64,000 nucleotides of DNA from Neocallimastix sp. 'constans' (lineage: Eukaryota): contig JBODTK010000001.1 in assembly GCA_050613775.1 (NCBI GenBank), forward strand, positions 310,001-374,000, in the 5' to 3' direction. Position 1 is the first letter of the stretch. The number at the start of each line of letters is the position of its first letter. Positions 13,051 through 26,489 of this stretch are shown here, in pieces. The position numbers were made by a program, and so were the translations under genes. The notes beneath the pieces are model-generated. The model was given only the letters and a program-made list of their open reading frames with translations. It had not been told where the DNA came from and made no database searches.

Positions 13051-14323
13051 ATTTAAAAATAATAATAAATAAATAAAAAATAATAAAACCTTAAATAATA
13101 AAATATTCATTGTTTATTGCATAATAATTAATATTACGATTATTATTTTTGTCATTTTAAATATTTTATTCTTCTATAAATATATACATGTATATGTATA
13201 ATTAATTTATAATATCAGGGTTAAAGTCTTTTAATTAGATAAAATGCCATTAAATAATAAAGTAAAGTAAAACTTATTTTATAACTAAATAAACTTAAAT
13301 TATATTTAATAATAATTATAATAATAATAATAATAATAATAATTATAATAATAATAATAATAATAATAAGTTCTTTAATTCAAATTTTATTTTAGGAATA
13401 AATTTTATATTATTTATGTTTTTTCAAATTTTTATTTATACATATTCTTTATAAATTAAAAATATAGGTTAAAATAGGTTAAAAAAAAATATATTATTCA
13501 TTGATATATATATATAAAATAGTATTTATTTCAACATAAATTTGAACATATTTACTTAATCATAATATATATATTAAATATGTTATAAATGCTTAGTAGT
13601 TTGTATGATATAAATTAATAAATTAATATATGTATATATATATTTTATTTTATTATACTGAATTATTTTTACTATTTATTTTTCGTTTTTATTCCTTTTT
13701 TAAAAAATAATTAAACGTCCTTTATCTTAATATATATAACAAAATTATTCCAATATTTGATTTCATTTGAATAATTTTATTAATTTATAAATAATATATA
13801 TATTTAAATAATTTAAAAAATTTTTATAAATTAAATATATTTTTAAATAACTTATAAATACAATTTTATATTTAAAGTTAACGATATTTTTATAGAATTT
13901 TATGGTTCTATATATATATATATTTAAAAAAAATTGTATATTTTATTTATTAATTTTACTTTTTTTTTAATTGTTCTTTTTTAATTATTAATAAATCTAC
14001 AATATGTAATTATAAAAGTAATTATTGTATTCAATACAATTTTTTCTTTTATTTCTATTATTTCTATTATTTCTATTTCTAATATTATTAATTTTAATTA
14101 TTGTCTAATGTTTTTCATTTTTTTTTAATTAATTATTTATTTTCTTTTATGGTATAATTCTTTTATATTAAATTATTTCATTCATATATATATATATATG
14201 GAAAAAATTAAATTAATACTAAAATATTTATAATATGTAATAATTATAAATAAAATAGTTTATTGTATTTGCAATATGAAAATAAATTTCTTTTTTCTAT
14301 ATGAAATTCATTTATCCTCTATT

Positions 14324-15724
14324 TTAAAATGCCCAAATTTTTGAACATTCTTCATTAATAGCATTACATTCCTTAGCGACAGCTTCTGAATATTGTTGTT
14401 TCCAGCAAGCATTTAATCTGGCATAACATTCATCAGATAAACGTTGCTTACAAGTCCAATCATCATTTTTACATTTTTTGTTTGTGTTAGTTGGTTGTAT
14501 AGTTTTAGTAGTCTTAGTGGTTGATCTTGGAATAGTCTTAGTAGTTGGTTTTGGAAGAGTCTTAGAAGTCTTCTTGGTAGTTGGGACTGGAAGAGTCTTA
14601 GAAGTCTTCTTAGTAGTTGGAACTGGAAGAGTCTTAGAAGTCTTCTTAGTAGTTGGAACTGGAAGAGTCTTAGAAGTCTTCTTAGTAGTTGGAACTGGAA
14701 GAGTCTTAGAAGTCTTCTTAGTTGTTGGAATTGGGATAGTTTTAGAAGTTTTCTTAGTAGTTGGAACTGGAAGAGTCTTAGATGTTTTCTTGGTAGTTGG
14801 AACCGGAAGAGTCTTAGAGGTCTTCTTGGTAGTTGGAACTGGAAGAGTCTTGGAAGTCTTCTTAGTAGTTGGAACTGGGAGAGTTTTAGAGGTCTTCTTG
14901 GTAGTTGGGACTGGGAGAGTCTTAGAAGTCTTCTTAGTAGTTGGAACTGGGAGAGTCTTAGAGGTCTTCTTAGTAGTTGGAACTGGAAGAGTCTTAGAAG
15001 TCTTCTTGGTAGTTGGGACTGGGAGAGTCTTAGAAGTCTTCTTGGTAGTTGGGACTGGGAAAGTCTTAGAAGTCTTCTTGGTAGTTGGGACTGGAAGAGT
15101 CTTGGAAGTCTTCTTGGTAGTTGGGACTGGGAGAGTCTTAGAAGTCTTCTTAGTAGTTGGGACTGGAAGAGTCTTAGAGGTCTTCTTAGTAGTTGGTTTT
15201 GGAAGAGTCTTAGAAGTCTTCTTGGTAGTTGGGACTGGAAGAGTCTTAGAAGTCTTCTTAGTAGTTGGAACTGGAAGAGTCTTAGAAGTCTTCTTAGTAG
15301 TTGGAACTGGAAGAGTCTTAGAAGTCTTCTTAGTAGTTGGAACTGGAAGAGTCTTAGAAGTCTTCTTAGTTGTTGGAATTGGGATAGTTTTAGAAGTTTT
15401 CTTAGTAGTTGGAACTGGAAGAGTCTTAGATGTTTTCTTGGTAGTTGGAACCGGAAGAGTCTTAGAGGTCTTCTTGGTAGTTGGAACTGGAAGAGTCTTA
15501 GAGGTCTTCTTAGTAGTTGGGACTGGAAGAGATTTAGTGGAACTAGATTTTGGGTTCTTTGATGGAAGAGTACTGCTGATTATTGGAAGACTTTTGGAAA
15601 TTGATTTTGTTGGAAGTGTCTTGCTACTAACAGTTTTTGGAAGTGTTTTGGTAGCTGCACTAGCATTTTCAGCATGTAAAGCTAAAGCAACAACACAGGC
15701 TAATAAAATTTTATTGAATCTCAT
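14324..15724 (-). CDS. Secreted repeat protein, copy 4 (466 aa, ~27 repeats)
   Basis: Same architecture; Cys domain identical at protein level. Confidence 0.93.
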   Translation of the reverse strand: MRFNKILLACVVALALHAENASAATKTLPKTVSSKTLPTKSISKSLPIISSTLPSKNPKSSSTKSLPVPTTKKTSKTLPVPTTKKTSKTLPVPTTKKTSKTLPVPTTKKTSKTIPIPTTKKTSKTLPVPTTKKTSKTLPVPTTKKTSKTLPVPTTKKTSKTLPVPTTKKTSKTLPKPTTKKTSKTLPVPTTKKTSKTLPVPTTKKTSKTLPVPTTKKTSKTFPVPTTKKTSKTLPVPTTKKTSKTLPVPTTKKTSKTLPVPTTKKTSKTLPVPTTKKTSKTLPVPTTKKTSKTLPVPTTKKTSKTLPVPTTKKTSKTLPVPTTKKTSKTIPIPTTKKTSKTLPVPTTKKTSKTLPVPTTKKTSKTLPVPTTKKTSKTLPVPTTKKTSKTLPKPTTKTIPRSTTKTTKTIQPTNTNKKCKNDDWTCKQRLSDECYARLNACWKQQYSEAVAKECNAINEECSKIWAF

Positions 15725-17108
15725 ATTGTATTAATATTATATCTATTAATAAGAAACTAATTTTATTTATTTAAAATTAGAATATCTATTTATTTTATAT
15801 TGTATTGACTCAATCAAACAATATTTTATTATTATATTATTATATATATCAATATATATATTTTTTTTCTTTATTTTTTTTTTAAAAAATAAAGTTGTAA
15901 TTTAAAAAAAAAAATAAAAATGAAGAAAAATCAATTGTATTTATAGCTTAAAATTATATATATAATTATATTAAATATTTTGTATTTATATTTATATTTT
16001 TTTTTTTTTATTTTATAATTTTATTTATAATAATATCAAAATTTCGTTTTAAAATTATACATAAATAACTTTTTTGTCACACAATATAAAAATTAATATA
16101 ATAACATATTATTTGTTATTATAAAATATCCACAATATCCAAAATAATTTATATATAATTCATTTTATTATACATTACACAAGTAATGGTATATAGTTTT
16201 AATTAAATTAAAAGAATAAATTTTTAATATTATATTTTATTAAAGTTACGCAAACTGATTTAAATTTTTATTCGTATTATTAAACTTTATTTCTTGATTT
16301 TTAATAAAAGCAAAAAAGAATAATAATATAATAAAAAAAAGAATAAACAAAAATAAAATAAATAATTATTATTAATAAAAATATAAAATTATAAAATATT
16401 TAATTTTAAACTTAAATAAAGCAAGTAATAAAATTTAAATTTGAAAAAAAAAATACTTTTTCTTTAAAATTATTATATATATTAGAATATCTTATTTAAA
16501 AATTAAATTAAAAAAGAATAATTTAAGGATTAAAGAAGAAATTCTTATTATAATAAAAATAATAAAATATTACAAAAAAAAAAAATCTCAAATTTAATAA
16601 ATTAACTTTAAAAAGATGAAATTTTATTTTTATGGGAGAAGAATATATAAATGTATATATTTATATAAACAATTTTAATTTTATTTATTGTTTATTATGT
16701 TAAAAATAAAGTTTAATATTTTAATTAAGTCTCATATAATTAAGATTAAGATTTATTTATACATTAAATGTGTTTATATTATTTTGTAGGGGAGTGCCTT
16801 GGACTTTATACTGCCCTTGTTACTGGATCAGTAGATGGTAAAACTACTGCGTCGAAAATTAAGGCGGATATGAACCATGTGAAAGCATGTATATATTTTA
16901 GTATTTCGCATGCTACCCGTGAATTTCCTGCAAAAAACAGAAGTGCTCAGCATGACAGGCTAAGCCAAGAGAAAGATCCGAACTCACCAGGAGCTCCTCA
17001 AGCATTTCCTCGACACCGGTCTCAGCCGTATCCATAGCCATCTGTCCTCAAGATGGCTATGGATACGGCTGAGACCCCCAACTGCTGCTGCGCCCGTGTC
17101 TGATTCAG

Positions 17109-18433
17109 CATTTCGAAAATTTTATTACAAAAATTTGTATTTTGTTGTATGGCTTAAATAATTTTAATATTAAGCCACTTAATTTTATTAAAATTTTAAT
17201 GAATAATAATTAATTAATTAAATAAAATTACAATTCTCAAAAATTTTCAAACACGTAATCTTACGTGGAGCGTATATCTAATAGTATCATAATTTTGTGT
17301 CTTTTTTCTACAATTTATAAAAAGCCATATATTCACAATATGGCGTGAATAATAATATTGTGGTGATATTTTATGACATAAATTTATAAACCACCAAGAA
17401 TTTGGCGAAATTCAACTGGATGAAATTCAACTGGATGAAATTCAACTTATGGCGAAATACAACACTTCAATAAATAATAATTAGGTTAGGTATTTCTTTT
17501 TAACATTAAAAAATAAAATAAGAAATAAGAAATAAGAAAACTTTTTTTTAAACATTGAAAAATAAAATAAAAAAAAATAAAATTTTATTTTTTAATGCTT
17601 AAAAAATAAAAAAATAAAATAAAATAAAAAATAAAAAAAATTAAAAATAAATAAATAAAATAGTAAATGAAGAAATAATAAATAATTAATAATTAAATAA
17701 TTATTTAAATAATTATATAATTAATTTATTATTTTAAATATTAAAAAAAAAGTTTCAAGGCATTTAAAAGTATATTTATTAAAACATTTTATTGAAAATT
17801 TTTAATTATCAATGGAAGACAATATAGAAATTGAAATAAGCGAAACAAATCGAGGAAATGAACAAATTATTATTAATAAAAAATACAAATTTAATATTTC
17901 ATTTCAAAGGAAAGATAAATCAAAAATTTATAGACGCACTAAATATAAGACTTCAAATAAATGTAAATTTTTAATTATTTTAAATGATAAAAAGGAGGTT
18001 TTAAAATATGAAAGTTTACATAACTCTCTCGAAAAAGAAATTGATGTGTCTATATCAGTAGCAAAACATAAAATTAAGGAAGAAATTAGGAAAAATTCAA
18101 TTCCTATGGATATAAAACCTAAACATATATTTAATGCCGTTTCTCAAGAAATGGGACTTATATGTCCCGAATATAGTACAATTAGATCCCAAATAATAAG
18201 AAATATAAATAAACAATTTCCTCCAAACATAAAAAGTTTAGATGATATTCTAAAAAAAATTTTTTTAGTTATAATAAACGTTTGTCTTAATTATTTTTAT
18301 TATCATTTAAAAATTTATTTATTCATTTATAATTTATTTATTCATTTATTTATTTATTACATTAAAATACGCCATGTTTTCCGAAATGCACTACAACAAA
18401 ATACAAATTTATGTAATAAAAATTTTCGAAATG
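17109..18433 (+). mobile_element. Internally deleted DNA transposon, probably Mutator-like (MULE), with ~41-bp inverted termini
   Basis: 17109-17149 (catttcgaaaattttattacaaaaatttgtattttgttgta) is the near-perfect reverse complement of 18392-18433. A 15-bp tandem repeat (gaaattcaactggat) lies at ~17402-17463. The element encloses ORF 17812. Confidence 0.7.
17812..18250 (+). pseudogene. Truncated transposase N-terminus (FLYWCH/WRKY-like zinc-finger region, Cys/His partly lost)
   Basis: ETNRGNEQIIINKKYKF...KIYRRTKYKTSNKCK...YESLHN resembles the FLYWCH-type domain found before MULE transposase cores. The ORF runs into low-complexity DNA after ~145 aa and has no DDE core. Confidence 0.6.
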
Positions 18434-20652
18434 ACCCTATTTTGTATAATGTAAAATATTATGAGGCGTATTAATGATGTATATCATATATTTACAATTA
18501 TAATTAATATAGTTAAATTTTATTAATGTATATACATTTTATAAAGGATTATGATAATTAATCCAATAATCAATATAATTATAAAAAATATAATTATTAA
18601 AAATAATAATAAAATAATAATAAATAAATAAAGTAATCACACATCAAAACTAAAACAAAATAACATAATATTCAATTTATTAATTGTTTTTTTTTGTTTT
18701 GTTTTTTATTGTTAATTTTTATATTTTATATTTATTATTTATTTATTTTATTTAATTTCATCTTTTTGTTTAATTGGGGATATTTAATAATAATTTATTA
18801 TTAAATGAGATTTAAAATTAAATTAATTTAAATAAAATAAATTAATTTAAATATAAATTTTTTGTTTGGTTCGTGATTCATTTATATCATATGTTTTACA
18901 CAGAAACTGAATTTGACAATTACTAAAAGGAGTATTTTCAGTTATTAATTTTTTTTTTTTTTTAAACAAAGATAAAAATTTATTTTAATTTCTTTTTTTT
19001 CAAAATTTTGTTAATTTTGTTAATTTTGTTTAAAATAATATTAAATTAAGTATTCACTTAATTAAAGTTTTCAATAAAAATAATAAAAAAAAAGTATTGA
19101 AAGTATAATTTAAAAAATTAATAATATATTGATAGTTATATATATAACTATCTATCTATTTATATATTAATATTAATATTTTATATTTATAATATCTTAT
19201 TGATTACTTTATTCCTCCAAGTTTGAATTGTAACTCATCCAAAGTTAATATTTTCATTAAGAAGAATCATAAAATGTTCCTTTACTAATTTTCAAAAAAA
19301 ATTTTATTATTCATTTATATTAATAAATTAAAATAATAAAAAAAAACAATTTATTTTTTTTTTATATTTATTTTTTATTTAATTATTTTATTATTTATTT
19401 TTATATCATTTTGAATTTTTTTATAAAAATTTTATTCTTTTTTTTTTATTAAAATGAAATTGAATAAAAAAAAACTTTTTTATTTATTTTATTGAATAAG
19501 CATTATCATTTTTCTATATTTTAAATTTTTCATAATCTTAATTGATTATTTATTTTAATTAAATAAAAATAAAAATAAAAATAAAAATAAATATATAAAT
19601 ATATAAATATATAATCAATCAATCAATCAATCAATAAATAAATAATAATAACAAAAATAATAATAATTATAATAAAAAAATAATAAACTTTTTAATTCAA
19701 ATCTTAATGTATAGAATAAATTCTCTTTCATTTATATTTTTTTATTTTTTTCTATTTATATACGTATATTGTACATATCAAATATAAATTAAAATATTTT
19801 TTTAAATAAAAACATTATTTATTGATATATGGATAAAATAGTATGAATGTAAATATAAATATGAACATATTTACGTTATTTTAATACATTTGTTTAATAT
19901 GTTATAAAGTATAATCTAAATAATTATATACTAAATAAATATGTAATTTTTATATAAAATATAGTAAATATTGATATATTTAATATACCATAGAATATGC
20001 ATTTCTTCATATTATTTTTAATAAATAATCTTTTTATATCTTCTGAAGGCTATATAGTATATAGTATATAGTAATTTCATTTCAAAGGTGAATTTTTTTC
20101 CTTTATAAATAATTTAAAAAAATTCCTTAATATACATTAAAATAGTCTAAATATAATATAAACTAGTTAAAACTATGAAGTATGTAGTGAAAGCTGAGAG
20201 AAATGGAGTTGACATGATATGCCCATAATCAATACTTTAGAGATAGTATAATTTTACATTAATAAATTAAATAATATATATATTATTCAAATATGATATT
20301 TTAATCACACTTTAAACACAACTTTATATTTAAAAGTTATGACGTATTTATAAAATTTTATAGTTTAATATTTATTTTAAAAAAAGAAGTTTTAATTTAT
20401 TAATATTATTTAATATTTTTAATTGTTTTTTAATTGTTAATACATACTTATATAATAAACTTAAAACACGTAATAATAAAATTAATTATTGTATTCAATA
20501 CAAATTATTTCTATTATTTCTATTATTTCTATTATTTCTATTATTATTAGTACTATTTTTAATTAATGTCTAATGTTGTTAAATTTTTTTTAATTATTTT
20601 TTTTTTTTTTACGATATATTTCTTTATATCATATATTAAATATTATTTCTTC

Positions 20653-20688
<36 letters not shown>

Positions 20689-20975
20689 TATATTTTCATT
20701 GTTTAAAATAAACAATAAAAGATAATATTTTTTTTTATGAACTATTAAATAATAATTTTTTTATTAATTTATCAGTAAATAATATTTCACTAAAGCCATA
20801 TTTATTATTATTTTATATTAATAGTTCTTTTAATGATCAAAACTTATTATTAAATTATACTTTAATAAAAAAATATCTATTATATATAATAGCTATTTGG
20901 AATATAGAATATATTTTTTTTCTTTTATTATAATAAAGAAAAAATATATTTATGTGTAATCTACTTTCCTCTGTT

Positions 20976-22484
20976 TTAGAATGCCCAAATCTTTGAACAT
21001 TCTTCATTAATAGCATTACATTCCTTAGCTACAGCTTCTGAATATTGTTGTTTCCAGCAAGCATTTAATCTGGCATAACATTCATCAGATAAACGTTGCT
21101 TACAAGTCCAATCATCGTTTTTACATTTTTTGTTTGTGTTAGTTGGTTGTATAGTTTTAGTAGTCTTAGTGGTTGATCTTGGAAGAGTCTTAGTAGTTGG
21201 TTTTGGAAGAGTCTTAGAAGTTTTCTTAGTAATTGGAACTGGGAGAGTCTTAGAAGTTTTCTTAGTAGTTGGAACTGGGAGAGTCTTAGAAGTTTTCTTA
21301 GTTGTTGGGACTGGGAGAGTCTTAGAAGTCTTCTTAGTAGTTGGGACTGGAAGAGTCTTGGAAGTCTTCTTGGTAGTTGGAACTGGGAGAGTCTTAGAAG
21401 TCTTTTTAGTAGTTGGAACTGGAAGAGTCTTAGAAGTCTTTTTAGTAGTTGGAACTGGGAAAGTCTTAGAGGTCTTCTTAGTAGTTGGAACTGGGAGAGT
21501 CTTAGAGGTCTTCTTGGTAGTTGGAACTGGGAGAGTCTTAGAAGTCTTTTTAGTAGTTGGAACTGGAAGAGTCTTAGAAGTCTTTTTAGTAGTTGGAACT
21601 GGGAGAGTCTTAGAGGTCTTCTTAGTAGTTGGAACTGGGAGAGTCTTAGAGGTCTTCTTGGTAGTTGGAACTGGGAGAGTTTTAGAGGTCTTCTTAGTTG
21701 TTGGGACTGGAAGAGTTTTAGAGGTCTTCTTGGTAGTTGGGACTGGAAGAGTCTTAGAGGTCTTCTTGGTAGTTGGAACTGGAAGAGTCTTAGAAGTCTT
21801 CTTAGTAGTTGGAACTGGGAGAGTCTTAGAAGTCTTTTTAGTAGTTGGAACTGGAAGAGTCTTAGAGGTCTTTTTAGTTGTTGGAACTGGAAGAGTCTTA
21901 GAGGTCTTTTTAGTAGTTGGAACTGGAAGAGTCTTAGAAGTCTTTTTAGTAGTTGGAACTGGAAGAGTCTTAGAGGTCTTCTTGGTAGTTGGGACTGGAA
22001 GAGTCTTAGAGGTCTTCTTGGTAGTTGGGACTGGAAGAGTTTTAGAGGTCTTCTTAGTTGTTGGAACTGGAAGAGTTTTAGAGGTCTTCTTGGTAGTTGG
22101 GACTGGAAGAGTCTTAGAGGTCTTCTTGGTAGTTGGAACTGGAAGAGTCTTGGAAGTCTTCTTAGTAGTTGGAACTGGAAGAGTCTTGGAAGTCTTCTTT
22201 GTAGTTGGTACTGGAAGAGTCTTAGAGGTCTTCTTAGTAGTTGGAACTGGAAGAGTCTTAGAGGTCTTCTTAGTAGTTGGGACTGGAAGAGATTTAGTGG
22301 AACTAAATTTTGGGTTCTTTGCTGGAAGAGTACTGCTGATTATTGGAAGACTTTTGGAAATTGATTTTGTTGGAAGTGTCTTGCTACTAACAGTTTTTGG
22401 AAGTGTTTTTGTAGCTGCACTAGCATTTTCAGTATGTAAAGCTAAAGCAACAACACAAGCTAATAAAATTTTATTGAATCTCAT
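20976..22484 (-). CDS. Secreted repeat protein, copy 5 (502 aa, ~30 repeats)
   Basis: Same architecture; Cys domain identical at protein level. Confidence 0.93.
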   Translation of the reverse strand: MRFNKILLACVVALALHTENASAATKTLPKTVSSKTLPTKSISKSLPIISSTLPAKNPKFSSTKSLPVPTTKKTSKTLPVPTTKKTSKTLPVPTTKKTSKTLPVPTTKKTSKTLPVPTTKKTSKTLPVPTTKKTSKTLPVPTTKKTSKTLPVPTTKKTSKTLPVPTTKKTSKTLPVPTTKKTSKTLPVPTTKKTSKTLPVPTTKKTSKTLPVPTTKKTSKTLPVPTTKKTSKTLPVPTTKKTSKTLPVPTTKKTSKTLPVPTTKKTSKTLPVPTTKKTSKTLPVPTTKKTSKTLPVPTTKKTSKTLPVPTTKKTSKTLPVPTTKKTSKTLPVPTTKKTSKTFPVPTTKKTSKTLPVPTTKKTSKTLPVPTTKKTSKTLPVPTTKKTSKTLPVPTTKKTSKTLPVPTTKKTSKTLPVPITKKTSKTLPKPTTKTLPRSTTKTTKTIQPTNTNKKCKNDDWTCKQRLSDECYARLNACWKQQYSEAVAKECNAINEECSKIWAF

Positions 22485-24214
22485 ATTGTATTAATATTAT
22501 CTATTAATAAGAAACTAATTTTATTTATTTAAAATTAGAATATCTATTTATTTTATATTGTATTGACTCAATCAAACAATATTTTATTATTATATTATTA
22601 TATATCAATATATATATTTTTTTTTCTTTATTTTTTTTTTAAAAAATAAAGTTGTAATTTAAAAAAAAAAAAAAAAAATGAAGAAAAATCAATTGTATTT
22701 ATAGCTTAAAATTATATATATAATTATATTAAATATTTTGTATTTATATTTATATTTTTTTTTTTTTTATTTTATAATTTTATTTATAATAATATCAAAA
22801 TTTCTTTTTAAAATTATACATAAATAACTTTTTTGTCACACAATATAAAAATTAATATAATAATATATTATTTGTTATTATAAAATATCCACAATATCCA
22901 AAATAATTTATATATAATTCATTTTATTATACATTACACAAGTAGATTTACAATGGTATACAAGTTTTAATTAAATTAAAAGAATAATTTTTTAATATTA
23001 TATTTTATTAAAGTTACGCAAACTGATTTAAATTTTTTTTTCGTATTATTAAACTTTATTTCTTGATTTTTAATAATAAGAAATTCTTATTATTTCTATA
23101 ATAATAAAAATAATAAAAGATAACAAATAAAAAAATATCTAATATTTAATAAATTAACTTTAAAAAGATGAAATTTTAGATTGATAGGGGAAGAATATAT
23201 AAATATATATATATACATTTATATGTATATAATTTTAATTTTATTTATTGTTTATTACTTATTGTTTTTTTTTTTATATTTTTCTATTTGTTAGTTTTTT
23301 GTTTATTAATTATTTTATTTCATCTTTTTGTTTAATTGGGATATTTAATAATAATTTATTATTAAATTAGATTTAAAATTAAATTAATTTAAATAAAATA
23401 AATTAATTTAAATATAAATTTTTTGTTTGGTTCGTGATTCATTTATATCATATGTTTTACACAGAAACTGAATTTGACAATTTCTAAAAGGAGTATTTTC
23501 AGTTATTAATTTTTTTTTTTTTTAGAAAAGATAAATTTTCTTTTTTTTAATCTTCGTATATTGATAAAAAGAAATAAAAATTTTATTAAAAAAAAAATTT
23601 TTTTTTTTCAACCTTATATGATTAAATTAAGAACTTTCTAATATTATTTATTCATCTTTTAGTATAATCTTAATTAATTCCAAATTTATTAGGTTTAATA
23701 AACTCCATGTAATACAATTTTGTGTATATAAATAAATGAAAATCAACTTATAGCATTGTAAAATAATTTTATTTTCAGATAAATATTTTTTTTTTAAATC
23801 ATTATTTGTAGATATAAAATTAAAATAATACAAATTCTAATACATATATATCTTGATAAGTTTATAATTCATAGATATTATATATATGTAAATCAACCCC
23901 TTTTAATAATTTTTATTATTTATTTTTATATATATTTTATAATTTTCAAAATTTGAGTTAATCTTTTACAATATTTAAATAAAATAAAATAAAAAATTAA
24001 CTCTTTTTTTTTTATTGAATTAACTTTATCATTTATTTTTTATTTTTATTTATTTATTTATATATGTGTATATCACAAATATTGGTTAAAATAGGTTAAT
24101 AAATTAATTTATAAATATATTCAATATATATGTATTGAATAATATAAATGAATTTAAAAACTAGTAATAAAAATTCTTATTAACTATATCTGTTTTACAT
24201 TGACTGATACATTA

Positions 24215-24470
24215 TTTGTGAAGTCTGGTTTAAAATGTCAATGTTACTGTCATTCTCTGGTTCTTAAAGGCATTTCTACTATTCCAACAGTTGTTGAAAG
24301 ACCCTTTGTTTGAGTAAGAATTGATATAATCAATCCTCTCCCATTAACTTCTAATGGTAATAAATTCATAGTTGACCGAAATTTTAAAATTTTAAGGCAT
24401 CTTTGCGATCATCAAGAGGAATGAAATGAGTACCTTCCTGCGGCTTTTTGGGCTCTCCGAACTTCTAAAA
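24215..24470 (+). mobile_element. Second, internally deleted copy of the Gypsy integrase relic
   Basis: Aligns by eye to ~12140-12299, joined directly to ~12542-12640. Confidence 0.85.
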
Positions 24471-25610
24471 TATTAAATAAAAATTTATAATAATAAAAAA
24501 AAAAAAATAAAAAAAATGAGTAAATAAAATTATATATTTTAAAAAAGGGCTTTATTTTTTATGATATCATTTGAAATAAATGTTTTTTTTTTTTTTTTAA
24601 ACTTTTAATTTCATATTATTTACATTACTCTTATTATTAAAATTATTTTTTAAAATTCAAATACTTTTATTAAATGGAAAAAATTAAATAAAAGTTATTA
24701 ATAATAATAAAAAATAATAAATAAAAATAAATAAATGAAATTATATATAATAAAATAGAAAATAAAAAAAAAATAAATAATATAAAAATAAATAATTTTA
24801 AAAAAAAAAAATCAAAAATATAGATTGATCAAAAGATAAAAATTTCTTTATAATAATAAAAATAATAGTAATCAAGTTAAAATGAAAAATAAATTGATAT
24901 TTTTTTTTTTTTTTTTTTTTTTTTTTATTTATTTAATAAAATTAATATTAATATTAATATTTTTATTTATTTTCTTAAATAAAAAATTTATATATATATA
25001 TATACAAATACAGATATATAATATAAATTTGAAATAAAATTAAATGAACAAATAAATAAATTAAATATATATGATAAGAAAATAAATAATTTAATAACAT
25101 AATATTTTAATGTATGAAATTATTGTATATAAATTGTATTCTCTTGAAATATAAATATAAATTTATTAATAATTTAAATTAATTAAGAAAATATAAATAT
25201 ATTAAAAATTTATTAATACTTTAAAACTTGGTTCTTTAATAATAATAATAATAAAGATAACAAGTCTTTTGTTTTTTTTTGAAGGAGAAAAGAAAACAAA
25301 AGAAAAGAAAGTGTAAATTTAATAATGAAATATTAATATTAATAAATAAAATATATAAAATTAACTAGTATAATTAATAATACTTGTTTATTAATTATTA
25401 GTGTTATTTATAAATTATTTTATTTTTATTTGTAGTTTACGTTAAATATATTAAAAACTATTATTTACTTAAAGGGTAAATATAAATAATAAAGGTCACT
25501 TTACAAATACTTTCATAAGTAATAACGTGGTCTTGTTTGTATAAAATTTTCTTTAAACTAGAGTGTTAGGAGAGAAATTTATCAATATATATAAATAATA
25601 AATGAACGAA

Positions 25611-25641
<31 letters not shown>

Positions 25642-26489
25642 TAATAATAATTATAATAAAATGGTTATTAATGTTAAATATGTTATAAATGTTCAGTAGT
25701 TTGTATGATTTTAAATTAATAAAGTAATATATATATATATATATTATATTTTGCTATACTGACTTATTTTTACCATTTATTTTTCATTTTCATTTTTTTT
25801 TAAAAAAAAAAATTATTCTTCCGTTACCTCAATATGTATAACAAAATTATAAACAATTTTATTTTATTTCATTTGAAAAGTTTTATTTATAAATAAAACA
25901 ATATATATATATATATATATATATATGAAAAATATATTTATTTTTATAATTTATATAATTTAAAAATATTTTATATGTTATATATATATATACACTTATT
26001 AATACAACTTTATATTTAAAATTTTCGATACTTTTATATTTTATAGAATTTTATGGTTCTATATTTTTTTTTTTTTTTTGAAAAAAAATTGAATATTTTA
26101 TTTATTAATATTTCGTTTATTTTTAATTGTTCTTTTTTTAATTATTAATAAATCTATAATATGTAATTATAAAAGTAATTATTATATTCAATATATTTTT
26201 TTTCTTTTATTTTTTTATTTCTATTATTTCTATTATTTATTTCTAATACTATTATTTTAATTAATTTCTAATGATTTTCAATTGTTTTTAATTATTTGTT
26301 TATTTCCTTTTATGGTATATTTCTTTTATATTAAATTATTTCATTCATATATATATATATATATAAGAAAAAAATGAAACTAATACTAAAATATTTATAA
26401 TATTCAATAATTATAAATAAAATAGTTTATTGTATTTGTAATATGTAAAATAAATATTTTTACTATATGATATTCATTTATTCTCTATT

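Larger units (their letters stand above)
16698..18675. mobile_element. ~2-kb composite insertion in the upstream spacer of copy 4
   Basis: The spacer sequence tttatttattgtttatta...attgttttt is continuous in the other copies. Here it is split at ~16697 and resumes at ~18676. Confidence 0.75.

Noticed and set aside
16768..17037. 89-aa ORF in the GC island as a gene
   Set aside because: It has no recognisable motif, lies inside an insertion and ends within the hairpin; support is insufficient.
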